This document shows positions 32,763 through 42,867 of a DNA stretch of 64,000 nucleotides, one piece after another. The notes beneath the pieces are model-generated. The model made no database searches. It had not been told where the DNA came from and was given only the letters and a program-made list of their open reading frames with translations. The first letter of the stretch is position 1. Each line of letters starts with the position of its first letter. Source of the DNA: an uncultured delta proteobacterium (GTDB lineage Bacteria; Desulfobacterota; Syntrophia; Syntrophales; Smithellaceae); the NCBI GenBank assembly GCA_963753975.1, contig CAVWEH010000002.1:640001-704000 (forward strand). The letters are read 5' to 3'. A program made the translations under genes and the position numbers.

Positions 32763-33890
32763 ATGCAAAGTGAAAAAGCCGGGCTTTACATTCACATTCC
32801 TTTTTGCCTGAGTAAATGCGGCTATTGCAGCTTTTACTCCATTAAATCCATCAAGCTCATCCCCGAATTTTTATCAGCGCTTAAACGGGAGGTGGAATTC
32901 TACAACAATCTTTTTCCATCTTTTGATACCATTTATCTCGGCGGCGGCACACCTTCCCTCTTGACTGTGCAACAGCTTGCTAAAATTTTTGAGGCGATCA
33001 ATAAGTTCTTCAAAATTGATCCTCACGCGGAAATCACGATAGAAGTTAATCCGGGTGATGTCTCCGTTGATTATTTTCAAGGCTTACGCTCACTGGGTAT
33101 AAACCGATTAAACATCGGCATTCAATCATTCGATGATAGTCTGCTAAAATTCCTCGGCCGCAGACATTCGAAAAAAGATGCAATTGAGGCGATTGATGCC
33201 GCCAGGAGAGCCGGTTTTACCAACATTGGAATTGACTTAATCTATGGCGTTCATCATCAGGATATTAGCTTATGGAAAAAGACTTTACAAAAAACCTTAG
33301 CATTTGCCCCGGAACATATTTCCTGTTACCAGCTTTCTTTGGAAGATAAAACTTCTCTGCACAAAAAATATTCCGCGGAAGGGATAGAATTACCAAAGGA
33401 AGAACAGCAGGTAGAATTTTTCCTAGTTACAGCAGAAGAGCTGGAAAAAGCCGGTTACATCCACTACGAAGTTTCCAACTTCGCCTGCAACGATAACTTG
33501 AAATCCAGACACAATATGAAATACTGGCAACATGCGTCCTATTTAGGCTTGGGGCCGGCCGCACATTCATTTTCGGATAATAAGCGCTGGTGGAATAAAC
33601 CTTCCGTCAAAAGCTATGTGCGAGAAATTGCTCAAGGCAAAATGCCTATAGAAAATACGGAAGAACTTACCTCAAAGCAATTACAGCTCGAAGCATTATT
33701 TCTTAGTTTGCGCACAAAAGCTGGTATTGATCTGGAACGCTACAAAACTAAATACGGTGTTAATTTGCTTGTGGACAAGAAAACTATTATCGATGCGTTA
33801 ATCAAAAATAAACTTGTGGAATTAAAGAATGGATTTTTGATGCCTACACGTGTAGGTATGGCCGTGGCAGACAGCCTCGCGCTGATCTAA
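32763..33890 (+). CDS. hemW: Radical SAM heme chaperone HemW (HemN-like)
   Basis: LYIHIPFCLSKCGYCSF, GGGTPS, YEVSNF, HNMKYW, YLGLGPAAHS; follows lepA. Confidence 0.9.
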   Translation: MQSEKAGLYIHIPFCLSKCGYCSFYSIKSIKLIPEFLSALKREVEFYNNLFPSFDTIYLGGGTPSLLTVQQLAKIFEAINKFFKIDPHAEITIEVNPGDVSVDYFQGLRSLGINRLNIGIQSFDDSLLKFLGRRHSKKDAIEAIDAARRAGFTNIGIDLIYGVHHQDISLWKKTLQKTLAFAPEHISCYQLSLEDKTSLHKKYSAEGIELPKEEQQVEFFLVTAEELEKAGYIHYEVSNFACNDNLKSRHNMKYWQHASYLGLGPAAHSFSDNKRWWNKPSVKSYVREIAQGKMPIENTEELTSKQLQLEALFLSLRTKAGIDLERYKTKYGVNLLVDKKTIIDALIKNKLVELKNGFLMPTRVGMAVADSLALI

Positions 33891-33978
33891 CAAATAATTT
33901 CTTTTAATGTTCGCACTTGCAAAATGACTTTTTTAAACATATTACTTTTTACGATTATATTTCTAACTAGAATATAAA

Positions 33979-34308
33979 TTGGATCACATGAAGCGAATTT
34001 ACTTTCTGTTTATACTAGTTATTTCATTAACCGCCACGGGTTGTATACCTGCAGCAATAGTGGCTGTCGTCGGCTGGCAGCATTTGACCATCCAGGACGA
34101 AAAACAAGTCCAGGCGGACAAATCCGAGTGCGAGGGAAAAGCAATAAAAATCATCGAGGCAAGAAAATCAGAAATACAGGACAAAAAGGAAACAGAGTCG
34201 AAAATATCGGCAGTCGATCAAATATTTCAGCAAGAATTCGCTCGGTGCATGAAGTCCAAAGATTACTATAAAGTCGCATCCAGCAACTCATCACCAAAGA
34301 GCAACTGA
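33979..34308 (+). CDS. Hypothetical lipoprotein
   Basis: Lipobox LTATGC; Cys pair in the mature part. Confidence 0.6.
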   Translation: MDHMKRIYFLFILVISLTATGCIPAAIVAVVGWQHLTIQDEKQVQADKSECEGKAIKIIEARKSEIQDKKETESKISAVDQIFQQEFARCMKSKDYYKVASSNSSPKSN

Positions 34309-34334
34309 TTTTTTCTTTTATGTTATTTTAGGCG

Positions 34335-34685
34335 TTAAAGGCCTGATTCGGAAACACAGCGGTAAGTTTTTTCTACAAGATTACCACGAAATCCGACATA
34401 CAGCGTATTGTTTTCCATCTCCTGCTGGACGAAAGGATTACGTAGACCGAAAATTTCCGTATAATTATAAATCCAAATTTCCAGATTACTTTCCATCTTT
34501 ACTATCTGCCCGGGCTCACCGAGGATTTTCAAAGTGTCTTCCTTGGTTGTTTTGCCGATTTCCAGTTTTTGTGTGATTAAATCGTCTTTTGCCGAAACCT
34601 GCCCCTGCCCCACCGCGCAGCCCCAAAGCATCAAGATCAGAAAAAGCATCAGAGAAAGAACTTCAATGTAGTCACGTCTGTTCAT
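34335..34685 (-). CDS. SmpA/OmlA (BamE-like) lipoprotein
   Basis: Lipobox LWGC, LEIGKTTKEDTLKILGEP, EIWIYNY. Confidence 0.7.
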   Translation of the reverse strand: MNRRDYIEVLSLMLFLILMLWGCAVGQGQVSAKDDLITQKLEIGKTTKEDTLKILGEPGQIVKMESNLEIWIYNYTEIFGLRNPFVQQEMENNTLYVGFRGNLVEKTYRCVSESGL

Positions 34686-34991
34686 AATTAATACAAATTT
34701 ATTATTATCACAAATGGGAATAAAAATATAAACATTTTATCATCTGACGAACAGAAGAAATATATCACCTAGCTTAGGTTATAACAGATTAGCCAGTCCC
34801 ATGTTCCGCCAGCGGCGTCGGTAAATTTTCCCGCTTCGGAAAGAATTATCTCCGGTAAGCGTTCAATTTTTTTTCTCCGAATAATGCCACATCGATTTGT
34901 GTCAATCGCTTGATTTGATCATGATAGGTAAACTGGCCGCAATTATTTTCTTTTTTTGTCGCCAGGCACACCTTTTCGTTCTTTTTTATGA

Positions 34992-35681
34992 TCATCTGAG
35001 TATAACAAAAGGAATCTCTTTTTCCAGACGTTTTTTTATTTTCTCTAATTCATCATCCGGATAACTTTTCTCTTTAAGAAACTTTTTGTTCAGCGTTTTT
35101 GTAGGCGCAAATTTCTGTAAGGCATAGCGCTTGGCGCCGGAAATCAATTGGGCAATTGCCAAAATATCTTTTGCCGCAAGCTGAGATTTCACAACCGTTG
35201 TACGAAACTCATGCGGGATTTTCGATTTAAGAATAAGTCTAATGCTTTCTTCTATTAAATTTGAATCGACAGGAACTTTCACGATGCTCCTGTATTTTTC
35301 CAGCGGCGCCTTAATGTCCATAGCGATGAAATCCAGCAATTTTGCATCAATAAGCTCTTTAATAACTTTCGGCTGTGTGCCATTGGAATCAAGCTTAACG
35401 GCAAAACCCAATTTTTTGATTTTCATAATAAAGGAAAGTAAATCTTTTTGAATGGTCGGCTCACCGCCGGTGATCGTTACCGCATCAAGCTTTCCCACCC
35501 GTGTCGCCAAAAATTCCAGAGTTTTTTTTTCTTCCAAGCAGGGGCCGAATAATTTCGGATCCACCAGTTCCGGATTATGACAATACGAACACTGGAAATT
35601 ACATCCCTGTAAAAAAACAACAGCACAAATCGCATCCGGATAATCAATGAGCGATACTTTCTGCAGGCCGCCGATTTTCAT
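34992..35681 (-). CDS. nrdG: Anaerobic ribonucleotide reductase activating radical SAM protein
   Basis: SLIDYP, GCNFQCSYCHNPEL, ITGGEPT, EFRTT; downstream of nrdD. Confidence 0.93.
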   Translation of the reverse strand: MKIGGLQKVSLIDYPDAICAVVFLQGCNFQCSYCHNPELVDPKLFGPCLEEKKTLEFLATRVGKLDAVTITGGEPTIQKDLLSFIMKIKKLGFAVKLDSNGTQPKVIKELIDAKLLDFIAMDIKAPLEKYRSIVKVPVDSNLIEESIRLILKSKIPHEFRTTVVKSQLAAKDILAIAQLISGAKRYALQKFAPTKTLNKKFLKEKSYPDDELEKIKKRLEKEIPFVILR

Positions 35682-35716
35682 TTTCCCATTTCTTTATGGT
35701 TATGGAATCAAATATT

Positions 35717-35743
35717 AAAGCCCCAGCAGACCGAAGGGGCTTT
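35717..35743. terminator. Hairpin between nrdD and nrdG
   Basis: aaagcccc...ggggcttt. Confidence 0.5.
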
Positions 35744-35778
35744 CCGATAATTATATTTTTTACAGACTATGTATATTA

Positions 35779-37884
35779 TTACTGTAATCTAAATACCTGT
35801 CGCGCGTTAAATTCCGCTTGTTTTCCTTTGTTCCACTGCTTGACCGGACGCAAATAACCGACAACGCGTGAGTAAACTTCACAATCGTCGTCACAGGTCG
35901 GACACTTCGGCTTTTCGCCTTTAATGTAGCCGTGGGATGGACACACGCTGAAAGTAGGCGTAAAAGTGAGATAAGGCAAATGGTAGTTAGAACAAATTTT
36001 ACGAACCAATGTCTTTACCGCCTGGGGATTATCCACCCGCTCACCGGCAAAAGTATGAAATACGGTGCCGCCTGTATATCTGGTTTGAATTTCATCCTGC
36101 AAATCCAATGCTTCAAAAATATCGTCTGTATAGTTAACCGGCAGTTGCGTGGAATTGGTATAAAACGGCTCGCCTTTTTTCGATCTGCCGTTGCCGTTTC
36201 CGGCGCAGATTATATCGGGATATTTTTCTTTGTCTATCTTGGCCAGGCGATATGAAGTTCCTTCCGCCGGTGTTGATTCCAGATTGTAATTATTTCCCGT
36301 TTCCTTCTGAAAATCGATGAGCTTATTGCGCATAAAATCGAGAACGTTTTTGGTAAAGGCCTGACCTTCTTTCGAGGCAATATTTCTCCCCAATAAATTC
36401 AAACAAGCTTCATTCATTCCGACCAGTCCAATAGTGGAAAAATGGTTTTTCCAATATTCAGCAAATCTTTCTTTCACATTGCGTAAATAATATTTAGTGT
36501 AAGGATAAAGATCGCTGTCGGTAAACTTCTCCAGAACCTTTCTTTTTGTCTCCAGACTTTCTTTGGCCACCTCCATTAGGTTTTCCAGCCGTTGCATGAA
36601 ATCCTTTTTGGATTTTGCCAAATAGCCGATACGCGGCATATTTATCGTAATAACACCGATGGAACCGGTAAGCGGATTGGAACCGAAAAGCCCGCCGCCT
36701 CTCATCTCCAACTCCCGATTGTCAATGCGCAGACGGCAACACATGCTGCGCGCATCTTCCGGATTCATGTCGGAATTGATAAAATTGGAAAAATAAGGCA
36801 CGCCGTATTTCGCGGTCATTTCCCATAAATCTTTTAAATTGGGATCATCCCAGTTAAAATCACGCGTAACATTATATGTGGGAATGGGAAAGGTAAAAAC
36901 TCTGCCTTTGGCGTCGCCTTCGGCCATGACCTGCAGAAAGGCTTTGTTGAAAAGATTCATTTCTTCCTGAAATTCTTTATACGTTTCTTTCTGCGGCTTA
37001 CCGCCGATGATCACGCTTTGATCCGCGTAATATTTGGGAACGGTGACATCCAAAGTTACATTGGTGAATGGAGTTTGAAAACCGACTCTGGTCGGCACAT
37101 TGATATTAAAAATAAACTCCTGGAGCGCCTGTTTTATTTCCGTAATATTTAATCCATCATAACGAATATAAGGCGCCAAAAGCGTATCAAAATTGGAAAA
37201 AGCCTGCGCTCCGGCCGCTTCCCCCTGCAAGGTATAAAAGAAATTAACCACCTGCCCCAGAGCGCTGCGCAAATGTTTAGAGGGCTTGCTTTCCACCTTG
37301 CCGGACACCCCACGAAAGCCCTGCAAAAGCAAATCATATAAATCCCAGCCCACACAATAAACGGAAAGCAGGCTCAAATCATGAATATGAAAATCACCTT
37401 CGTTATGCGCTTTTTTGATTTCCGGCGTATAAATTTCATTTAGCCAATAAACTTTGCTCACTTCCGAAGAAATATAATTATTCAATCCCTGCAACGAGTA
37501 ATCCATGTTGCTGTTCTCGTTTATTTTCCAATCCGATTTCTTCAAATATTTATCAACAAGATCAACTTCCATTTTGTTGGCAATATCCCTCAAGCGGGCG
37601 TGTTGATCACGGTATATGATGTAAGATTTTGCTGTTTTGCGGTAAGTGGAAAGCAGGAGAACTTCTTCGACGATATCCTGAATTTCTTCAACAGAAAAAA
37701 CATTACCGTCAAAAAGCTTTTCGGCAAGGTTTAAAACCTTGATGGTCAACTTTCGCGCTTCCCGAAGGTCAAATTCGCCGGTGGCAACGCCGGCCTTGGC
37801 GATGGCATTGGTAATTTTTTCCGCATTAAACTTAACTAAACGGCCGTCTCTCTTTTTGATTTTTGTGTTCATGAACTCCTCCAT
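35779..37884 (-). CDS. nrdD: Class III anaerobic ribonucleoside-triphosphate reductase with ATP cone
   Basis: IKKRDGRLVKF ATP cone, HIHDL, RSMCCRL, TPAEG, CPSHGY..CPTC, YSRVVGYLRP glycyl-radical motif. Confidence 0.96.
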   Translation of the reverse strand: MEEFMNTKIKKRDGRLVKFNAEKITNAIAKAGVATGEFDLREARKLTIKVLNLAEKLFDGNVFSVEEIQDIVEEVLLLSTYRKTAKSYIIYRDQHARLRDIANKMEVDLVDKYLKKSDWKINENSNMDYSLQGLNNYISSEVSKVYWLNEIYTPEIKKAHNEGDFHIHDLSLLSVYCVGWDLYDLLLQGFRGVSGKVESKPSKHLRSALGQVVNFFYTLQGEAAGAQAFSNFDTLLAPYIRYDGLNITEIKQALQEFIFNINVPTRVGFQTPFTNVTLDVTVPKYYADQSVIIGGKPQKETYKEFQEEMNLFNKAFLQVMAEGDAKGRVFTFPIPTYNVTRDFNWDDPNLKDLWEMTAKYGVPYFSNFINSDMNPEDARSMCCRLRIDNRELEMRGGGLFGSNPLTGSIGVITINMPRIGYLAKSKKDFMQRLENLMEVAKESLETKRKVLEKFTDSDLYPYTKYYLRNVKERFAEYWKNHFSTIGLVGMNEACLNLLGRNIASKEGQAFTKNVLDFMRNKLIDFQKETGNNYNLESTPAEGTSYRLAKIDKEKYPDIICAGNGNGRSKKGEPFYTNSTQLPVNYTDDIFEALDLQDEIQTRYTGGTVFHTFAGERVDNPQAVKTLVRKICSNYHLPYLTFTPTFSVCPSHGYIKGEKPKCPTCDDDCEVYSRVVGYLRPVKQWNKGKQAEFNARQVFRLQ

Positions 37885-37920
37885 AGTGAGATGAATAAGA
37901 AATTGTTGCCGCCCGTTTGT

Positions 37921-37974
37921 ACGCTATATATTGTGGTTATTTAGCATAGTACTACTACATATAGTAATTATCAA
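37921..37974 (-). promoter_or_regulatory. Tandem NrdR boxes overlapping the nrdD promoter
   Basis: acgctatatattgtgg (37921) and ctactacatatagtaa (37952), 31 bp apart; minus-strand TTGATA-N17-TACTAT. Confidence 0.75.
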
Positions 37975-38118
37975 GAAAAAAATAAAAAAATCTTTATCGG
38001 TTATTTTGACAAGAACAATGTTGATAAAGATAAAAATATTAGTGCTATAGACCTTGCTTTTTATAGCCGAGAAGCTTATGGAAGGACAAAATCATTCTTG
38101 TAGGGAATCCTGTTAAAA

Positions 38119-38787
38119 TTGAAGATAGACAAAAAGAAAGCAGCTAAGATAAAAGGGTTTTTGGATGAGCGCGAAGCTCACTATCTTTATAAACTAGCTC
38201 TGGATGCCGGCAAAACAGGTCCGTGCCTGGAAATCGGCAGTTATTGTGGAAAATCAGCTATATATTTAGGTACAGCCTGCAAAAGAAATGGATCAGTTCT
38301 ATTTTCTCTTGATCATCATGCAGGCTCGGAGGAGCAGCAGCCGGGCGAAGAATATTTTGATCCGGAATTACTGGATCAAGAAACAGGGAAGATAGATACT
38401 TTAAGATTTTTCCGCAAGACGATTGCCGAATTTGACCTCGAAGATACGGTAATTCCGATTGTCGGCCGTTCGGAAACAGTCGGACGCCTCTGGCAAACAC
38501 CTCTGAACTTGATTTTTATTGACGGAAGTCACGCTTACGAATCCGTACTTAACGATTACAAAATTTGGGCAAAACATTTAATCATCGGCGGCTATCTTCT
38601 TTTTCATGATATTTTCCCCGATCCGGCGAAAGGAGGCCAAGCACCTTATAAGGTTTATCAAATTGCAGTAGCTTCCGGATTATACGAAGAAATGCCGCTG
38701 TGCGAGTCGCTGGGAATATTAAAACGAAAAAAAAATGGCCCATGCCAGCCGTCGCGTTATTATGCCCAGCGCCAGTTACAGCCTTGA
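38119..38787 (+). CDS. Class I SAM O-methyltransferase (Methyltransf_24-like; resembles mycobacterial MeT1)
   Basis: GFLDEREA, LEIGSYCGKS, DHHAGSEEQQPGEEYFD, FIDGSH, HDIFPDPAKGGQAP. Confidence 0.85.
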   Translation: MKIDKKKAAKIKGFLDEREAHYLYKLALDAGKTGPCLEIGSYCGKSAIYLGTACKRNGSVLFSLDHHAGSEEQQPGEEYFDPELLDQETGKIDTLRFFRKTIAEFDLEDTVIPIVGRSETVGRLWQTPLNLIFIDGSHAYESVLNDYKIWAKHLIIGGYLLFHDIFPDPAKGGQAPYKVYQIAVASGLYEEMPLCESLGILKRKKNGPCQPSRYYAQRQLQP

Positions 38788-40337
38788 TCGGAAATTGCTG
38801 CTTGCAAATAACCGCGATTAACATAATCACTGATCGTATTATTAACTACACGGGAATTCGCCTTTGTGCCGGTAGTAATTCTTTGGCAGAGTTCCCCTAA
38901 TGCTCTATCCTTTGAACCTTCAAACAAAGCTGGTTCAATAAAACCAATTTTTTCAATGAGATCTTCTTTTAAGATTTTAAAAGTTAAATTCATCCGCATG
39001 TGACCTTCCACGCGCATATCGTCCAGAGGAGTATTCGTGCCCTTGCCATACCGGTCCAGCACCTTCTGCCAGAGGCCGTTCATCTCCGTATCGAACATAG
39101 CTACAAAATCACGAATATCCTGTGGCTCAAGAGAAGAAGTTTTTACAATGGCATCATTGGCGTCGTATTTTGCCCAATCTTTCGTTAATATTTCCAGATC
39201 GTACTCGTCGACTTTCTCACACAACGTCGTGCCGGGAAAAGGCGCCAGGTAATGATATCCGAAAAGGATTTTTAAAGATTCCGCAAACGAGGCCGTTTGA
39301 TTCAATGTTTCTTTTGTTTCACCCGGCAGCCCGACCATAAAAGAAGCGTGGGCGAGCATGCCCGACTGCTTGCACATATTAACCGCGTTCTCAGCCTGCG
39401 TAAGCGTTATGCCCTTCTTGACTCTTTTGAGTATTTCCGGGTTGCCTGATTCGACGCCGAAGCTGACGCTGTCACAACCTGCGGCAGCCATGGCATCAAA
39501 CATTTCCTGGTTGACAGTATCCACGCGGGCAAAGGCACTCCAGGTAAATTTCAAGTTTCGTTCTTTAATTCCGTTGCATATTTCTTTTACCCGCTTTGTA
39601 TCCGAAGCAAAAAGGTCATCGGCAATATTAATCCGTTTAAAGCCTAAATTGATAATTTGCTCCATTTCATCCAAAACCAGCTGCGGATTGCGGCGGCGCA
39701 CTTTCGAGCCAACCATCTTTCGCCCTAGACAAAAAATACATGAATGGGGACAGCCGCGGCCCGTAATCATGCTGACGGGATAGCCAAAGGCCTGATAGCG
39801 TGAGATCGGCAACAAGTGCCGCGCGGGCATTGGTATGCGGTCCACATCCACAATGAAATCTCTTTTACCGTTATTGACGATTTCACCATCCTGCCGAAAA
39901 GCGATACCGCGAATACCGCGCCATTTATTTTTCTGCTTCATGAGCGGCGCGAATTCGACAATCGTATCATCCGCCTCGCCAATAAAGACCAAATCTATTT
40001 CCGGATAATTGCCGAGTGTTTCTTCCACGGTAAAGGATACATGGGGACCGCCTATCAGCGTGAGAATTTCCGGATTACAGCGTTTCACGTCGCGTAATAT
40101 CCGCTGCGCGTCATAAAAATTCATGGTTACGCAACCTACTCCTACAGCGTCGGGCTGGAATTCCGCCAATTGGCTGGCGAGTTTTTCCTTAGAATAACAA
40201 GAAATAATATAGTCGAAAATGCATACCTCACAGCCTGCCGCTGCGAAGGCTGCAGCAACATAAGTGATGCCCAATGGCGGTGAAGGAAATTCTTCCAGTG
40301 GATATGGTGCGGCAATAATAGCAACGCGCAATGTCAA
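38760..40337 (-). CDS. B12-binding domain radical SAM protein
   Basis: PPLGITYVAA, IGGPHVS, GEAD, TGRGCPHSCIFC, GVESG, FMVGLPGET, PFPGT. Confidence 0.9.
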   Translation of the reverse strand: MTLRVAIIAAPYPLEEFPSPPLGITYVAAAFAAAGCEVCIFDYIISCYSKEKLASQLAEFQPDAVGVGCVTMNFYDAQRILRDVKRCNPEILTLIGGPHVSFTVEETLGNYPEIDLVFIGEADDTIVEFAPLMKQKNKWRGIRGIAFRQDGEIVNNGKRDFIVDVDRIPMPARHLLPISRYQAFGYPVSMITGRGCPHSCIFCLGRKMVGSKVRRRNPQLVLDEMEQIINLGFKRINIADDLFASDTKRVKEICNGIKERNLKFTWSAFARVDTVNQEMFDAMAAAGCDSVSFGVESGNPEILKRVKKGITLTQAENAVNMCKQSGMLAHASFMVGLPGETKETLNQTASFAESLKILFGYHYLAPFPGTTLCEKVDEYDLEILTKDWAKYDANDAIVKTSSLEPQDIRDFVAMFDTEMNGLWQKVLDRYGKGTNTPLDDMRVEGHMRMNLTFKILKEDLIEKIGFIEPALFEGSKDRALGELCQRITTGTKANSRVVNNTISDYVNRGYLQAAISDQGCNWRWA

Positions 40338-41074
40338 TCTCCTTTACGTGGAAACAGCATGGATCTAACCCACCCGAACAGCGTATTTTTTTCCCGCATG
40401 GCCCGTTCAACGGAATCAAAATACTCGTTCATCTTTTGGGGATCAGCCAGCCACTGCGATCTTGATTTTATCGGTTTGTTCGCATCCAGGTACTTTATTA
40501 CAGAGGCGGGGTTTCCGGCGGCAATAGCATTGGCGGGAATATCCTTCACGACAATTGAGCCGGCGCCAATAACCGCATTGTCACCTATCGTCACACCTTT
40601 GCCGATAATTGCACTATCACCGATCCACACATTTTTGCCGATCTTTACCGCCTCGGTGTTGCCGATGGGTAAACTGCGATCGTAAAGATCGTGCCAATCA
40701 GAATCGGTAATTAAAACATTTTGGGCCACCATGCAATCATCATCCAAAGTAACAGCTGTGGCCGATGATATTCTTGTCCCCGGGCAGATTATACAACAAC
40801 GGCCGATATCAATTTTACCCGATTTTTCATCGGCCGACCAGACGGTAAGCCTTATTTTCTTATCGGATGTGGCCACGAATGTAACATAGTCACCGATCGA
40901 TACCGGCCCCTGATATATTTTCACTGCCCATGGCTTCATAAATCTCAAACCATGGCCGAAATATTCACACTGAGGAGCTAAAAAATATTGCGCATACCAG
41001 GCTTCAAACTTGTCGTATAAATGCTTAATATAATAAGGTCGATGATCTCTTCTCAATGACTTACTCTTTTCCAA
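40334..41074 (-). CDS. Hexapeptide-repeat O-acyltransferase (maltose/galactoside acetyltransferase-like)
   Basis: ITDSDWHD, IGKNVWIG, KGVTIGDNAVIGAGSIV, AAGNPA. Confidence 0.88.
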   Translation of the reverse strand: MEKSKSLRRDHRPYYIKHLYDKFEAWYAQYFLAPQCEYFGHGLRFMKPWAVKIYQGPVSIGDYVTFVATSDKKIRLTVWSADEKSGKIDIGRCCIICPGTRISSATAVTLDDDCMVAQNVLITDSDWHDLYDRSLPIGNTEAVKIGKNVWIGDSAIIGKGVTIGDNAVIGAGSIVVKDIPANAIAAGNPASVIKYLDANKPIKSRSQWLADPQKMNEYFDSVERAMREKNTLFGWVRSMLFPRKGD

Positions 41075-41146
41075 ATGATTTATTTAAAATGAAACCACAA
41101 AAAACAACCGTCAGAAGAAGCCGGTAAGGTTTGCAGCAGATTACTA

Positions 41147-42178
41147 TTATTGCTCCTGCCAATATTCGTGATTAAAAAGTTTTGCTGCCGGAGTTATTCC
41201 GTTAATTGCATCCCAGGCTATCAGTACCGCTGCCGCTGTCCAACTGGTTTTTTCTTCCGGCCAGATAATACTGTCCGGAAACGTGACACCCATCCAGTAG
41301 GAACCATCAGGAAATCTCTTATCACCAAGCCAGCTAAATATTGTTTTAGCCCGTGAATAATCTTCAATGGCCGCCAGGGTCAAAACCAGCTCTGCCGTTT
41401 CCGCCATTGTCACCCAGGGCCGGTCGCTGACACAACGTACCCCCCATTCGGGAACGACAAATTTTTCCCAGGACTTGGCTATGCGCTTCTTTGCTTCTTC
41501 ATCGCTTACAGCACCGCATAAAACCGGATAATACCAATCCATGGAATAACGGGCTTTGATCATATTGAAAAGATCAGGCCGGTTTTTTATCGCCTCTCCC
41601 AGGGAATCTTTTGCCGTGAGCCAGCTTGGTCTTTTTTTACCCAGAATCCTGGAGATTTCCAGTGCGCATTTAATACTCATATAAATGGAGCTGCAACCGG
41701 TTAAAAGGGACATTTTATCAATGGCGCCCGCCGAATTTCTTGCCCAGTAAATTTCACCCCCCGGAGCCTGCATACTGATCGCATATTGAATGCCCCGGGA
41801 AACAGAACTCCACATATACTTCAGAAATTCAACATTTCCTGTAATGAGGTAATGATGAAAGACGCCAACGGCAATATAAGCCGCAAAGTTTGTTTCTTTT
41901 GTGGAATTGATAACCTCTCCGTCCTTGATTTCGGACCACCAACTACCGTCGGCAAGCTGATTTGCAACTAACCATTGATACGCGCGCTCGGCCTCCGGAT
42001 AAAGTCCAGCCATGCTTAAACCCATCGCGCTTTCAATATGATCCCAGGGATCAGTCTTGCCACCTACCGACCAGGGTATTTCACCGCTTTCTTTTTGCAT
42101 GGACACAATAAACCCGGCGATTTTTTCAACGTCAACCGGTTTAATTTCTTCACTCAAAGAAAGGTTTAAACGGTCCAT
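41147..42178 (-). CDS. (alpha/alpha)6-barrel 'prenyltransferase-repeat' protein, probable glycoside hydrolase (MmpH-like)
   Basis: IPWSVGGKTDPWDHIESAMGL, QLADGSW, ETNFAAYIAVGVFHH, LLTGCSSIY, YSMDWYYPVL, WVTMAETAE, WPEEKTSWTAAAV. Confidence 0.7.
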   Translation of the reverse strand: MDRLNLSLSEEIKPVDVEKIAGFIVSMQKESGEIPWSVGGKTDPWDHIESAMGLSMAGLYPEAERAYQWLVANQLADGSWWSEIKDGEVINSTKETNFAAYIAVGVFHHYLITGNVEFLKYMWSSVSRGIQYAISMQAPGGEIYWARNSAGAIDKMSLLTGCSSIYMSIKCALEISRILGKKRPSWLTAKDSLGEAIKNRPDLFNMIKARYSMDWYYPVLCGAVSDEEAKKRIAKSWEKFVVPEWGVRCVSDRPWVTMAETAELVLTLAAIEDYSRAKTIFSWLGDKRFPDGSYWMGVTFPDSIIWPEEKTSWTAAAVLIAWDAINGITPAAKLFNHEYWQEQ

Positions 42179-42185
42179 AATATAA

Positions 42186-42867
42186 TCAACCTTTTTTTAG
42201 ATAAAACACAATACTTTTACCGATAAAGGGATTTAAAATACTTTCCATAACTCTTATAGATCGCGGCTTACATATTATTATATCCCATTCCAGAAATCTT
42301 TTATAATATCGAATAAGCGCATTCTTTTCATTTTTTAAACCAACCAGGCACTTGAGCCACCGATAAGGCGCATGGAGAGCGTGCTTGTAATTAATTTTCC
42401 AACAGTTTTTGCAGCTTTTTCTTTTTATAAATGCGGATGTGCCCGCCCTCTTCACTATAATAAGCGGAAGAAATCAGCCAGTAAATTTTTTCGGAAAAAT
42501 ATCGCGGCACGCTGACCACCAGATACCCTGCGGCTTTAAGGATGCGCACCAATTCTTTGAGGGCATTTTCATGTTCGGGTATGTGTTCCAACATTTCCGA
42601 ACAAATGACACGATCAAAAGAAGCGGAAGCAAAAAGCAAATTTTTAATGTCGACACGAGAAACGAGATAATTATTCGATAAGGCGTCCGGCATATTTTTT
42701 AAGGACGTCAGGGCATCGTTCAGATCAGAGCTATTTCTGTCTATACTGATAATTTTCAAATCAGGCATTTTTGCCAGCTTCCGCAAATGCTTGCCCGCCG
42801 CACCGGCATCCAAAACAAGACTGCGAGGTTTTAATTTCAGTTCATGAAAATCTACGGCGACCATCAA
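42186..42867 (-). pseudogene. Class I SAM methyltransferase (MeT3-like), eroded SAM motif and frameshifting deletion near 42410
   Basis: VLDAGAAGKH, ICSEMLEHIP, SVPRYFSEKIYWLIS..EGGHIRIY in one frame; HALHAPY.WLKC..FLEWDI..LNPFIGKS in another. Confidence 0.8.

Noticed and set aside
34770..34995. Possible gene remnant downstream of nrdG (..TDAAGGTWDW..)
   Set aside because: Broken frame and no family could be assigned with confidence
37885..38118. Cobalamin or other riboswitch upstream of nrdD
   Set aside because: Short AT-rich spacer with no riboswitch motifs; explained by NrdR boxes and promoters
41147..42178. Terpene cyclase/prenyltransferase (hopanoid) interpretation
   Set aside because: Only QxxDGSW-like repeats; too short for squalene-hopene cyclase, no DxDD motif, and the neighbours are sugar-modifying genes
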